From contig JBGANF010000005.1 in assembly GCA_044222475.1 (NCBI GenBank), positions 1 to 64,000 on the forward strand: DNA of 64,000 nt, in the 5' to 3' direction. The position numbers and the translations under genes are program-made. A model generated the notes under the pieces. It was not told the origin of the DNA and did not search any database. It saw only the letters and a list, made by a program, of their open reading frames with translations. The DNA comes from Polyangiaceae bacterium. Its GTDB lineage: Bacteria; Myxococcota_A; Polyangia; Polyangiales; Polyangiaceae. Numbering within the stretch: position 1 is the stretch's first letter; each line of letters opens with the position of its first letter. This document shows positions 12,661 to 22,552 of this stretch, one piece after another.

Positions 12661-14413
12661 ACGCGAGGCCGCGACCCCGCGCCCGAGTCCAGCGCGCGAC
12701 GATGTCTCGATCCGATGCGCTCAGCTCCGACGCGAACGCGGGCATGTGTCCTTTGCGCTGCGGGTCGAGCGCGTTCTCGCGGTAGGTCGTCTTCGACGAC
12801 GGGTCGTCGATCTGCGCGCGGATCCACGCGAGCGAACCGTACCCGGCGAGCTCCGGCGCGAGCGCCTCACCGCCGTCGTCACCGGCGCCGCGCAGGAGGT
12901 GACAGGTCGTGCAGCGGTCCGCGACGATCTTCTCGCCGACCGAGAGCGTCGCCGCGTCCCACGTGCCGGTTCGCTCGTCGTCGCCTTGAGCGGTGAGGAA
13001 CGCCGCGACGGCCGCCGACTCGTCCTTGCCGAGCGGGCGAAACTTCTCGGCGTCCTCCTTCGGAGGCACGTCTTGCGACGGCATCTCGCCACGGTACGGC
13101 GTGTTGCCGAAGCGATCGGTCGAGTCGGGATCGTGCAGCGTGGCGAGGACCCACTTCTCGGTTCCGAAGCCGTCGAGCGACGGTGACGCGGGCTTCTTCG
13201 CGTCGCCGAGATCGCCGAGGACGTGGCACGTCGCGCAGTGCTTGGCGAAGAGGGCCTCGCCGCGGAGCTCCGGATCGCGATCGAGCATCGCGAGCGGGCC
13301 ATCGGGTGGTACGCCGCCGGCCGCGATCCGCATCGCGTGAGACGTGCGGACCTCGGACTTGTGGACCGCGGCTCGGAACGCGTCGTCGTGGGCGTCGCGT
13401 CGGAGAGCGACGAAGGTCAACCCGCCGATCGCGACCACCGAGGCGACGACGACCGCGACACCGGCGCGCGAGATCCCTCGCGCACCGCGCGACACCCAGG
13501 GGAGGCTGGCGAAGCCGAACCCGAGCACGAAGGGCGCGAGCGCCGTGAGCGGGAGCTCGAGCTTCCCCTTGATGTGGTGGCGGAGCTCGAACAACCAGAG
13601 GAGGTACCACTCGGGGCGCGCGGGGTAGTCGCTTCGCGGCTCGGCGGGGCCGTCGAGCGGGGCTCCGTGCGCGCGGTACGCAATCCACGAGACGGCGAGC
13701 AGCACCGACAGCGCGAGCGCGACATCGCGCGCGGCCTGCCGCGGGAAATACGCGATCGACACCGAGTGTCGCGCGGCGAGAGCGCGGGCGTGCGTCCGCT
13801 CCGAGCGGCCTCGCAGGCGCAGCAAGAGCGCGAGGACGATCGGGACGATCGCGACGTGGATCGCGTGGAAGCGCGTCAGCGCGAGCGCCCCCAGCGAGCC
13901 GTCTCCCGTGACCACGCGCACGAGGCTCGCGCCGCCGGGCATCGCGCCGCCCACCGCGAGCTCGACCTTGCGAGCCCAGTAACCTTGCTGATCCCACGGG
14001 AGCGCCTCGCCGCTGATGCACGCGCCGGCGACGAGCGCGACCGCCGCGAGACTCACGAAGAAGCCGACCTCGCGCGGACGCTGGCCGCCGCCGGTGATCG
14101 CGAGCATCGCGAGGTGGAGCGCCGCGAGGACGAGCATCCCCTCGCCCGCGAAGTGGTGCGCCCCGCGGAGGAACCACCCGAGGGTCGCGACGTTCTGTGT
14201 ATAATACACGCTTGCCCACGCCGTCGTCTCGGCGGCGGCGTAGCTGGTCTCGAGCCCGATGCCGGTGGCCACCTCGACCGCGAGGAGCACGCCGAGCGTC
14301 TTCGCCATCGACGATGCCCAGCTCGGGCCGCCGGAGAGCGGGTGGTCGAGGAGGGACGCGATCCGTCGCCGGTGATCGAGCCGCTCGTCGAGCCAGTCGC
14401 CGAGCTTGCTCAC
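12653..14413 (-). CDS. Cytochrome b (bc-complex type) fused to a di-heme cytochrome c
   Basis: 'WLDERL', 'GWFLRGAHH', 'LPWDQQGYW', 'LTRFHAIH', 'PEWY'; two CxxCH (CATCH, CTTCH); GTG overlaps the Rieske stop. Confidence 0.85.
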   Translation of the reverse strand: MSKLGDWLDERLDHRRRIASLLDHPLSGGPSWASSMAKTLGVLLAVEVATGIGLETSYAAAETTAWASVYYTQNVATLGWFLRGAHHFAGEGMLVLAALHLAMLAITGGGQRPREVGFFVSLAAVALVAGACISGEALPWDQQGYWARKVELAVGGAMPGGASLVRVVTGDGSLGALALTRFHAIHVAIVPIVLALLLRLRGRSERTHARALAARHSVSIAYFPRQAARDVALALSVLLAVSWIAYRAHGAPLDGPAEPRSDYPARPEWYLLWLFELRHHIKGKLELPLTALAPFVLGFGFASLPWVSRGARGISRAGVAVVVASVVAIGGLTFVALRRDAHDDAFRAAVHKSEVRTSHAMRIAAGGVPPDGPLAMLDRDPELRGEALFAKHCATCHVLGDLGDAKKPASPSLDGFGTEKWVLATLHDPDSTDRFGNTPYRGEMPSQDVPPKEDAEKFRPLGKDESAAVAAFLTAQGDDERTGTWDAATLSVGEKIVADRCTTCHLLRGAGDDGGEALAPELAGYGSLAWIRAQIDDPSSKTTYRENALDPQRKGHMPAFASELSASDRDIVARWTRARGRGLAFK

Positions 14414-14837
14414 GCCGTCTCCACCCGATCTTCGGTGCCCGGGCGGTAGCTCCGGAAATCGACCTCCACGAAGCCATCGACGATCCGCGTAGCCAGGGGA
14501 TCCATGTCGCGAGGCGACGGTCCGTGCTGGCGGACGCCGTCGGCGCCGAAGTAGGAGTCGTGGCACGGGCACTCGAACCCGACGCCGTCCGACGCCGCTC
14601 CGATGGTGCACCCGAGGTGCGGGCAGGCGGCTGCGAGCGCGACGACGGAGTCACCGCGTCGCGTGACCCAGACGCTCCCGAGCTCGACACCCAGCGCGCC
14701 CCGGTTCCGGCGCCTGGCGGGCGGGCGACGACGTAGGCGATGGGAGGTCCGAAGGCAGCCGCCGCGACCACGGCGCAGCCCGTTCCGAGCAGGAGCTTCA
14801 GCGTGCGGCGCCGTCCGGCATCGGTGTCGTCCCCCAT
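14410..14837 (-). pseudogene. Rieske 2Fe-2S subunit, frameshifted near 14689
   Basis: Tat/TM N-terminus 'MGDDTDAGRRRTLKLLLG...ARWV' and Rieske domain 'VELGSVW...CPHLGC...CPCHDS...GPSPR' are in different frames (span 428 nt, not divisible by 3). Confidence 0.75.
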
Positions 14838-14843
14838 CGGCCG

Positions 14844-15113
14844 TCAGTGCTCGGCGTGACCTTCGGCCTCGAAGCGCGCGAGCACCTCGAGCATCTCGGG
14901 GGTCGGCTTCAAGAGCTGAGGTTTGCCGTCCGGGCCGGGCATCACCCATGCCCAGGAGCCGTCTTCCAGGGGGACGCGCTCGACTTCGCCGCGCTGCTCC
15001 GCGTGATACAGCACGTGCGCGACCTCGGACGGAGTCATCTTCGGGCCGGCAATCTTCGCGAGCTTGCGCTTCGCCGCTTCGGCGAGCGCACCCTTCTTCT
15101 TCTTCGCAGCCAT
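14844..15113 (-). CDS. Hypothetical protein (89 aa), first gene of the Rieske/cytochrome b unit
   Basis: MAAKKKKGALAE...; good codon bias; 6 nt gap to the Rieske ATG. Confidence 0.65.
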   Translation of the reverse strand: MAAKKKKGALAEAAKRKLAKIAGPKMTPSEVAHVLYHAEQRGEVERVPLEDGSWAWVMPGPDGKPQLLKPTPEMLEVLARFEAEGHAEH

Positions 15114-15192
15114 TTCGTGGGCCTCTCTTGCGCCCTGTCTAGCAGGGTTGGCGCCCGAGGTGGGCCCAAGGTGCGGCCCAAGGCGGAGACAC

Positions 15193-15273
15193 GGAACCTT
15201 GTCCACCTTCACCTGTCAGAGAAGTCGTCGAGCGGCGTTTGGAAGAGAACCTTCCGCCGCAGCGTACGTACAT
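15193..15273 (+). promoter_or_regulatory. Two tandem ECF-sigma-like promoters
   Basis: GGAACC-N16-GTCAGA (15193-15220) and AGAACC-N16-GTACAT (15246-15273), both with a GAACCTT core, upstream of ATG 15297. Confidence 0.45.
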
Positions 15274-15296
15274 CAGGCGGGCCTCGAAGGAGACAC

Positions 15297-17397
15297 ATGC
15301 GCGGAGCCTTCTGGAAAATCTCGACGTTCGGTGCGCTCGCGCTCGCGGGCTTCTTCGCGATTCATCCGATTCACTCCGCCGTCTCCAGCGCGTCACCTAC
15401 ATCGTCCCCCAGCGACCCACACCACGGCAGCTCGAGCGGCTCGAGCGGTGGGGGCGGCATCTTCTCGTTCCTCGGCTTCGGCCACCGACGAGGCGGCGGT
15501 CTCCGCCATCGCCGACTACACGAGCGCCAAGAACTCGTCGACCGTGCGGGCGTGCGCCGTCCGCAGCTTGGGCGTGATCCGATCGGGCTCGTCGACGAGC
15601 TGGCTCACGGAGCTGCTCCGCGACGAAGACCGCAACGTCCGCCTCGAAGCGCTCTCGACCCTGACCAACCGCATCGACGACGACGAGGCCGCTCGGAGCG
15701 CCGTCCTCTCGGCCGCCCACGGCACCGACCACGACCTCAAGATGGAAGCGATCGCGGCGCTCGGCAACGCGGGCGCGCCGGAGGCCTCTCCCCTCCTCCA
15801 GGAGGCGCTCGCGACGGAGACCGGTCAGTCGCAGATCGAGCTCATCAACGCGCTCGGCAACACGAAGGACAAAGGCGCGACCGCGCTCCTCACGAAGATC
15901 CTCCACGAAGGATCGGCCGAAGCGCGCAACGCCGCGATCAACGCCCTCGGCTCGCTCGGCGGCGACGCAGCGACGACCGCTCTCGGCGACATCCTCGTCA
16001 AGGGCACCCGCCAAGACGCCGAGATGGCGGCTCAGGCGCTCGCGCGCGTCGGTGACGAAGGCGCAAAGGCTCGGCTCCTCGAGGCGGTGAACGGTGACGT
16101 CCGCGGCCCGTCGATCGCGGCGCTCCGTGCGCTCACCCAGATCGAAGGCGACGAGGTCCACGACCTGATGGCGAAGTCGTTGGTCGGAAGCGACCCCGAG
16201 CGGTCGAGCATCGCGGCGAGCTACTTCTCCATGCACAAGGACAAGGCGGCGCTCCCGGCGCTGCTGTCCGTCGCCAAGAGCGGCGACCAGCGCCAGCTCG
16301 GGATGGCCATCAGCGCGATCGGCAACATCGGCGGCCCCGAAGCCGTGAGCGCCCTCACCGATCTCGCTTCGCGCTCGGGCCCGGCGCAGTACCAAGCCCT
16401 CTCGCAGCTCTCGGCGCTCCCCGAAGGCCACGACAAGGCGCGCGCGATCGCCCTCGACCTCGCGAAGAAGGGCGGGCCTGCGGCGAACACCGCGTTCTCG
16501 ATGCTCGCGCAAGACGGCTCGCCCGAGGCGCGGGACGCGCTCATTCAAATCGCGAAGGGCGGCTCGACCAACGCACCCGAGGCGATGCAATCGCTCGCCG
16601 CGCAGGGCGACCCGACGGCGATCAAGGCTCTCGGTGACATCGCGCGGACTGGCAAGGACGTGAACGCGAGGCAAGCGGCGCTGCAGGCGCTCGCTTCGAC
16701 CGGCAACCAGGCTGCCACCCCGGTCTTCATCGCAGCGGCGAAGGATCCGGACTCGCGGATCCGCCAGCAGGCAATCTCTGGCCTCGGAGCGACGGCTTCG
16801 CCGGAGGCCGAGCGCGTGCTCGTCGACGCGACCAAGGACGAGAGCCGCGGCGTGGCCACGGCGGCGGTCCAGTCGTTGTCCCGACTTGGTACGCCGGGCG
16901 CGGTCGCCCAGCTCGAAAAGCTCGCCGGAGACAAGGATCCGCAGACGGCGCGCTTCGCGCTCGCAGGTCTCGCGCGCACCTCGCCCGACAAGGCCGCGGT
17001 CGCCGCGGATCGGATGCTCCAGTCGCCCGACAAGGCGTCGCGGCTCGCTGCGGTGCAGACCGCGCAGAGCCTCGCACCGTCGACCCAGCAGAAGATCTGG
17101 ACGCGAGCAGCTCACGACGACGACCCCGCGGTCGCCCGCGACGCGGTCTCGCGCCTCGGCGCGACCGGCACCCCCGAGGCGCAGGCGACGCTGCTCGACC
17201 TGCTCCGCAGCGACAGCACTCCGAAGGACGTTCGCACGGCGGCTGCCGATCAGCTCCACGAGCTGGGCGGGGCGACCGTCGATGCGAACGCGAACCTGAT
17301 CGACAAGTACCGCTCGCCCGACGACGACGACGACGGCGAAGGCCTCGGCTTCCACGGCCGCGGCGACATCATCGACGGCGAGTTCTACGACGAATGA
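15297..17397 (+). pseudogene. Exported HEAT-repeat protein, frameshifted near 15480
   Basis: SD AAGGAG, ATG 15297 and signal-like 'MRGAFWKISTFGALALAGFFAI' are in one frame; the HEAT repeats ('DEDRNVRLEALSTL', 'DPDSRIRQQAISGLG') are in another frame ending at 17397. Confidence 0.6.
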
Positions 17398-17434
17398 GCT
17401 TGCAGCAGGCGCGTTCTGGGAGAACCCTAGCCGG

Positions 17435-19276
17435 ATGCGGCTCGCTTCTTCCTTTCTCGTCGCGCTGGGGGTAGGCGCCCTCGCCTGCGGCGCTCGAACA
17501 CCACTTCCGATCGGGTCTCGCGACGCCGGGACCGACGCACCGCCGGTGCTCGAGATCAGCGGCAAGGTCGATCTCCTCTTCATGATCGACAACTCCGGTT
17601 CGATGGGTGACAAGCAGGAGCTGCTTCGCCAGGCCGTCCCCGATCTGATGCAGCGCCTGATTCAGCCGAAGTGCCTCGACACGAACGGCAACATCATCGG
17701 CGACTCGAAAGACGGGAAGTGCAGCACCGGCCGCATCGAGTTCAAGCCCGTGCCCGACATCCACGTCGCGGTGATCACGTCGGCGCTCGGCGGCGCGGGA
17801 TCGAACGTGTGCGCCGCAGACGCGCCCAACCCCGACAACCCGAACCTCCTCGCCCACAACGACGACGCAGGTCACTTGGTCAACCGAACCAAGGGCACCG
17901 ATGCGCCGCTCGCGGAAGCGTCCCCGTCGAACTTCCTCGCCTGGTTCCCCGACGTCGAAGCGAACAAGGGCAACCCGAAGCCACCGGTGAAGGCCATCGG
18001 GGACGTGACCGAGCTGGTGAACCGATTCCAGTCCCTCGTCTCCGGCGTCGGCGAGACCGGCTGCGGCTTCGAGTCGCAGCTCGAGGCTTGGTACCGATTC
18101 CTCGTCCAGCCGGATCCGTACCTGCAAATCCAAGTGCCCGACGGGAGCAAGGCGGTTCTCTCGGGGATCGACGCGACGCTCATCAAGCAGCGCCACGACT
18201 TCCTCCGCCCCGACTCGCTGCTCGGCATCATCATGGTGACCGACGAGAACGACTCCAACGTCGACCCCCTCGCGCTCGGCGGTCGCGCTTGGCAGTACTT
18301 CAACGCGCCGTTCCCTGGCTCGCCCACCCAAGCACCGCCACGGGCGACCGCCGAGTGCGATCTGACGCCGTTCTCGCCGCAGTGCACGTCGTGCCTCAAC
18401 GCCTCGTGTCCGCAACAGTGGTACCCGCAGGACGACGCGAGTCACCCGAACATCCGCATCACGCAGACCAAGCGGCGCTACGGCGTGCAGCTCCAGTTCC
18501 CGCTTTCGCGCTACGTCGACGGGCTCACGTCCCCCACCGTGCCGGATCGCAACGGCGAGCACCCGAACAACTCGTTCGACTACGTCGGCGACAAGAACTG
18601 CACGAACCCGATCTTCGCCGACAAGCTCCCCGAGAAGCCGACCACCGCCGACGCGCTGTGCAAGCTTCCGCGCGGGCCGCGCGGGACGAACCTCGTGTAC
18701 CTCGCCGTCATCGGCGGGGTGCCGCACCAGCTCCTGCAGCAGAACCCGAACGATCCGAACAGCCCGCAGAAGGACACGCTGACCGAGAGCGACTGGCTGA
18801 AGATCCTCGGAAAGGATCCCGAGCGCTACGACTCGACCGGCGCCGACCCGCACATGGTCGAGTCCATCACGCCGCGCGCTGGGCTGCCGCCGCCGAACGC
18901 CCCCAACGACACCGACCCGATCCACGGGCGCGAGTACGACACCGAGTCGGACAGCGTGCAGTATGCATGCACCTTCCCGCTGACGACGCCGCGCGACTGC
19001 AAGGCGCCGGGGGCGAGCTCCCAGTGCGACTGCGCGAACCCGAAGCCTCAGGGCACGCCGCTGTGCAGCCCGAACAACCCGACGACGCAGGTGCGCGCGA
19101 AGGCGTACCCGACGATCCGCGAGCTCGCGGTGGCGCACGCCCTCGGCGATCGCGCGACCATCTCGTCGCTATGCCCGATCCACGTCATCGCGACGGAGCC
19201 CAACGATCCGCTCTACGGGTACCGACCGGCGATCGGCGGGATCGTCGAAGCGTTCCGGAAGGGCCTCGTTCAGTAG
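17435..19276 (+). CDS. Cys-rich myxobacterial lipoprotein with vWA-like (MIDAS) domain
   Basis: Lipobox 'ALAC'; 'DLLFMIDNSGSM', 'GCGFESQLE', 'IMVTDEND'. Confidence 0.75.
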   Translation: MRLASSFLVALGVGALACGARTPLPIGSRDAGTDAPPVLEISGKVDLLFMIDNSGSMGDKQELLRQAVPDLMQRLIQPKCLDTNGNIIGDSKDGKCSTGRIEFKPVPDIHVAVITSALGGAGSNVCAADAPNPDNPNLLAHNDDAGHLVNRTKGTDAPLAEASPSNFLAWFPDVEANKGNPKPPVKAIGDVTELVNRFQSLVSGVGETGCGFESQLEAWYRFLVQPDPYLQIQVPDGSKAVLSGIDATLIKQRHDFLRPDSLLGIIMVTDENDSNVDPLALGGRAWQYFNAPFPGSPTQAPPRATAECDLTPFSPQCTSCLNASCPQQWYPQDDASHPNIRITQTKRRYGVQLQFPLSRYVDGLTSPTVPDRNGEHPNNSFDYVGDKNCTNPIFADKLPEKPTTADALCKLPRGPRGTNLVYLAVIGGVPHQLLQQNPNDPNSPQKDTLTESDWLKILGKDPERYDSTGADPHMVESITPRAGLPPPNAPNDTDPIHGREYDTESDSVQYACTFPLTTPRDCKAPGASSQCDCANPKPQGTPLCSPNNPTTQVRAKAYPTIRELAVAHALGDRATISSLCPIHVIATEPNDPLYGYRPAIGGIVEAFRKGLVQ

Positions 19277-19280
19277 ACCG

Positions 19281-19946
19281 ATGGTTCGGGGCGTCGCCCG
19301 CTTCCTCTCCGTCGTCGCAGGCCTCGCCCTCACCGGCTGTGGCGCGACGATGACGGCTCCTCTCGCCAAGGGCACCACCGAGGTATCCGCTTCGCTCGGC
19401 GGGCCCATGATCGTGTTCGGCGGCGCACCGGTGCCTCTCCCGGTGTCGACGGTCGGGCTCGCGCACGCGGTCAGCGACACCGTCACGATGCGCGGCGCGC
19501 TTCACCCGACGGCCGCCACGTTCGGCGTCGCCGGCCTCGATCTCGGAGTCGTCGCGCATCCCATCTTGGGACATCGTGCCGCGCTCACGCTCGGCATCGA
19601 CGCGTACGGGTTCGGCAACGGCGCCGACGCGGTGCTCCTCGCCGACCCGTGGGTCGCCACCCGATGGAAGCTCGCGCCGTGGTTCGCCCTGGCCGGCGGG
19701 ATCCATGTCCCCATTCGGTACGCGACGTCGTCGCCCGAGCTCCGCGGCACGACACCGGTCGCGCCGACGGTGTTCGTGCAGCCCGCGTTCGTCGTCGGGC
19801 GCTTCGAGCTCGACGTCGAGCTCCGCTGGTACGCGCTGGCCTCCAACGGCTCCATCCTCGCGCCAGGCTGGGTGTCCCCTGGCGGCGTGGGAACGCTCGG
19901 TCTCGTCTTCGGCGTCGCGTATCGCTTCGGGGAGGTGTCGCCATGA
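19281..19946 (+). CDS. Hypothetical lipoprotein, probable beta-barrel
   Basis: Lipobox 'LTGC'; alternating beta-strand pattern ending 'GVAYRF'. Confidence 0.6.
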   Translation: MVRGVARFLSVVAGLALTGCGATMTAPLAKGTTEVSASLGGPMIVFGGAPVPLPVSTVGLAHAVSDTVTMRGALHPTAATFGVAGLDLGVVAHPILGHRAALTLGIDAYGFGNGADAVLLADPWVATRWKLAPWFALAGGIHVPIRYATSSPELRGTTPVAPTVFVQPAFVVGRFELDVELRWYALASNGSILAPGWVSPGGVGTLGLVFGVAYRFGEVSP

Positions 19947-20815
19947 ACGTCCGCAACGTCCGCCGCTTCGCGTTCGGGGCGCTCGGAGCGATCACGCTCT
20001 TCGCGTGCGCCAGCCTCGACGGGTTCCTCTACAACGGCAAGCACGTCGACGCGTACACGTTCACCTACCCTGCCGGGACGCCCGCTGCCGTGCAGGTTCC
20101 TCCTGCGCAGCGCCAAGAGCTCACGCTGACCGCGCCCGACGGAACCACCGTCTACGCCGTCTTCGTTCGCCGGCCGAGCCCCGAAGATCGCACCGCGCCG
20201 ACCATCCTCTACCACCACGGCAACAAGTGGGGCATCGACGAGTACTGGGTTCGCATCTCGCGCCTATGGTCCTTCGGCGCGAACGTGCTCGCCTACGAGT
20301 ACCCCGGCTACGGCCGCGCGGACGGCACCCCGACCGAGGCGGGCATCCATCGCAACGCGCGCACGGCGCTCGCGTACCTGCGTTCGCTCGGAGACGCGAT
20401 CGATCAGGATCGCCTGTTCCACTACGGCTACTCGCTCGGCGGCGGACCCGCGGTGGACGCCGCCAAGAACGGTGGGCCCTACCGTGGCCTCATCACCGAG
20501 TCGACGTTCGCTTCGGTCGCGGCGCTCGTGAGCGACGGCTCGCTCGTCGTGCCGCGCAGCTTCGTCACCGAGAACCAGTTCGACAACGCCGCGAAGATCG
20601 CGGACGCGGCGCGGGCCTCGAACCCGGCGGTCGGCGTCCTGATCTTCCACGGAGACGCCGACGATTTCGTCCAACCGAAGTACGCGACGACGCTCGACGA
20701 CGCGATCGGCACCGCGGCTCCGCACCAGAAGGTGCTCGTGCCGGGCGCCGATCACGGCGGCGTCCCCGACGGCGCCGCCTACGAACCGACCGTGCGCGCC
20801 TTCTTGGCGAAATAG
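19943..20815 (+). CDS. Alpha/beta hydrolase lipoprotein (ABHD13/17-like)
   Basis: 'YHHGN', 'EYPGYG', 'GYSLG', 'ESTF', 'HGDADD', 'GADH'; ATGA overlap; lipobox LFAC. Confidence 0.85.
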   Translation: MNVRNVRRFAFGALGAITLFACASLDGFLYNGKHVDAYTFTYPAGTPAAVQVPPAQRQELTLTAPDGTTVYAVFVRRPSPEDRTAPTILYHHGNKWGIDEYWVRISRLWSFGANVLAYEYPGYGRADGTPTEAGIHRNARTALAYLRSLGDAIDQDRLFHYGYSLGGGPAVDAAKNGGPYRGLITESTFASVAALVSDGSLVVPRSFVTENQFDNAAKIADAARASNPAVGVLIFHGDADDFVQPKYATTLDDAIGTAAPHQKVLVPGADHGGVPDGAAYEPTVRAFLAK

Positions 20816-20854
20816 CCGGCAACGGTCTGCCCGAGTCGGCAACGGCGTGCGCGA
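20815..20854 (+). promoter_or_regulatory. Tandem imperfect 20-bp direct repeat, candidate enhancer (UAS)
   Basis: GCCGGCAACGGTCTGCCCGA / GTCGGCAACGGCGTGCGCGA (16/20 identical), upstream of a sigma54 promoter. Confidence 0.45.
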
Positions 20855-20902
20855 TCACCTGCGTCGATGGGTGATTTCGCGCCGAATCGACGAGCCCCCG
20901 CG

Positions 20903-20918
20903 AGGCACGCGGCTTGCT
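20903..20918 (+). promoter_or_regulatory. Sigma54 -24/-12 promoter
   Basis: AGGCACGCGGCTTGCT versus consensus TGGCACG-N4-TTGCW, with GG-N10-GC spacing; 44 nt before ATG 20963. Confidence 0.7.
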
Positions 20919-20962
20919 CTTGATGAGGCGCGCAGCGCCGCCGACAATCGCCACCGAGGACC

Positions 20963-22552
20963 ATGGAACCCACGCGACCGCACAACGTACCCGCCGATGC
21001 ACGCTGGAACCCGAAGGACGCTCGCTGGGAGCAGTCCAAGCTCGACGAGGGAGTCCCCGTCGGTGCGTTTCGCACGTTTCGTCGCGACGGCTCGGCGCTC
21101 TTCGAAGGGCGCTTCGCCAACGGCCGACTCCAAGGGGCGTTCAAACGCTTCCACGCCGACGGCTCGGTCGCACGAGAAGGCACGTACCAAAATGGGATGC
21201 TCCAAGGCACCGTCATCGTCCGCCGGGGACCCGATGACGGCTTCCCGTGGCGTGACGAGCGCGCCCGCCGCGCCGAGCTCACCTACGACGACGAAGGAGA
21301 CGAGACGGCGCGACTCGAGCTTGACGAGCGTGGCCGCGCGGTGGCCCCCGGCGTGACGCTGAGCGACCGCGACGGAAGCCTCGACCCGCTCTTCTCCGAG
21401 CACGGGCCGGACGGGTTCCTCGCCAGTGGCGCGTTCAAGAAGGCGATCGCCGCGATCGCGCCGGCCAAGGCGGCTCCCCCGAAGGACGACGGGCTCCTCA
21501 TGCCCCTCCCCGCCCTGCCTCGCAGACCGATGACCGCAGCGCGCTTCAAGGATCTCTACGGCGTGGACATGCCGGAGCCGCTGGCCGCGTGGCTCGACGC
21601 GGTGAAGGACTCGCCCAAGCTCTTCGCGATCACGACTACTCCAGACATCGACGTCTGCCCCGACGGCAACCTCGTCGAAGCCGCGATCCGCGAGTACCAA
21701 GCAGCGCCCGGGAGAACGACGTTCTGGACCGGGATGGCATCGGCGAGCCTCCCGTTCGCGCGCATCTTCACGCTCGACCTCGTGCTCGGGCTCTTCGAGC
21801 CGGTGAACAAGGTGCCGAACGGCGTCTATCCGCTCGACACCACCGACGACACGATCGGCACGCCGATCGCGCGCTCGCTGGACGACTTCGCCTACCTCGT
21901 CGCGATCGTGGCCGCCGAAGAGTGCGGCGCGATCTCGCGCGCGGCGCTCGTCCCGGCGTTCGAAAGGCTTCGCGGGCGCGTCGAGCTCCCGGGCGGGTTC
22001 TCGGACTTCGAGTCGCGCGCGCTCCCCGGCGGCAGCGGGGGCGAGGTCGAAGGCGATACGACGACCGACCACCGTGAAGGCTTCTCCCTCCGGCGCCCGC
22101 AGTCGATGCCACGCGGCCATCACTACCGCGGGCGCTGGCTCGGAGCGTTCCTCCGCGGCCACGTCGAAGAGGCGTACGAGCTCTTTCTGCCAGCGTGGGA
22201 CGCACCGATGGACAAGACGTCGGGGCCGGAGCTCGACACGCTGCTCGACGGCATCAAGAACCGCGTCTCGACGGCGATCTACGGTGTCTTCCGCTCGTGG
22301 ATCTTCGGCAAGGCCGAGCTTCCGCAGGTGCTCGAGGCCGCGAAGGCGAGCCCGTCGCGGATCATCCGCGACGCCGGGGCCCTCGTCGCCGAGCTCGCCG
22401 GTGGAAGGAAGACGCTCGGTGCGGTCGAGGACGTCGAGGCGCTCCGCGCCGCCTTCGTCGCGATGAAGCCAGCGGAGAAGAAGCAGGAACAGGAAGAAGA
22501 GGAAGAGGACGGCGAGGACGACGAAGACGAGGACGAGGACGACGATGAGTGA
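20963..22552 (+). CDS. MORN-variant repeat protein with possible SUKH/SMI1-like domain and acidic tail
   Basis: 'FRRDGSALFEGRFANGRLQGAFKRFHADGSVAREGTYQNGMLQG'; 'LYGVDMPEPLAAWL'; poly-D/E C-terminus. Confidence 0.65.
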   Translation: MEPTRPHNVPADARWNPKDARWEQSKLDEGVPVGAFRTFRRDGSALFEGRFANGRLQGAFKRFHADGSVAREGTYQNGMLQGTVIVRRGPDDGFPWRDERARRAELTYDDEGDETARLELDERGRAVAPGVTLSDRDGSLDPLFSEHGPDGFLASGAFKKAIAAIAPAKAAPPKDDGLLMPLPALPRRPMTAARFKDLYGVDMPEPLAAWLDAVKDSPKLFAITTTPDIDVCPDGNLVEAAIREYQAAPGRTTFWTGMASASLPFARIFTLDLVLGLFEPVNKVPNGVYPLDTTDDTIGTPIARSLDDFAYLVAIVAAEECGAISRAALVPAFERLRGRVELPGGFSDFESRALPGGSGGEVEGDTTTDHREGFSLRRPQSMPRGHHYRGRWLGAFLRGHVEEAYELFLPAWDAPMDKTSGPELDTLLDGIKNRVSTAIYGVFRSWIFGKAELPQVLEAAKASPSRIIRDAGALVAELAGGRKTLGAVEDVEALRAAFVAMKPAEKKQEQEEEEEDGEDDEDEDEDDDE

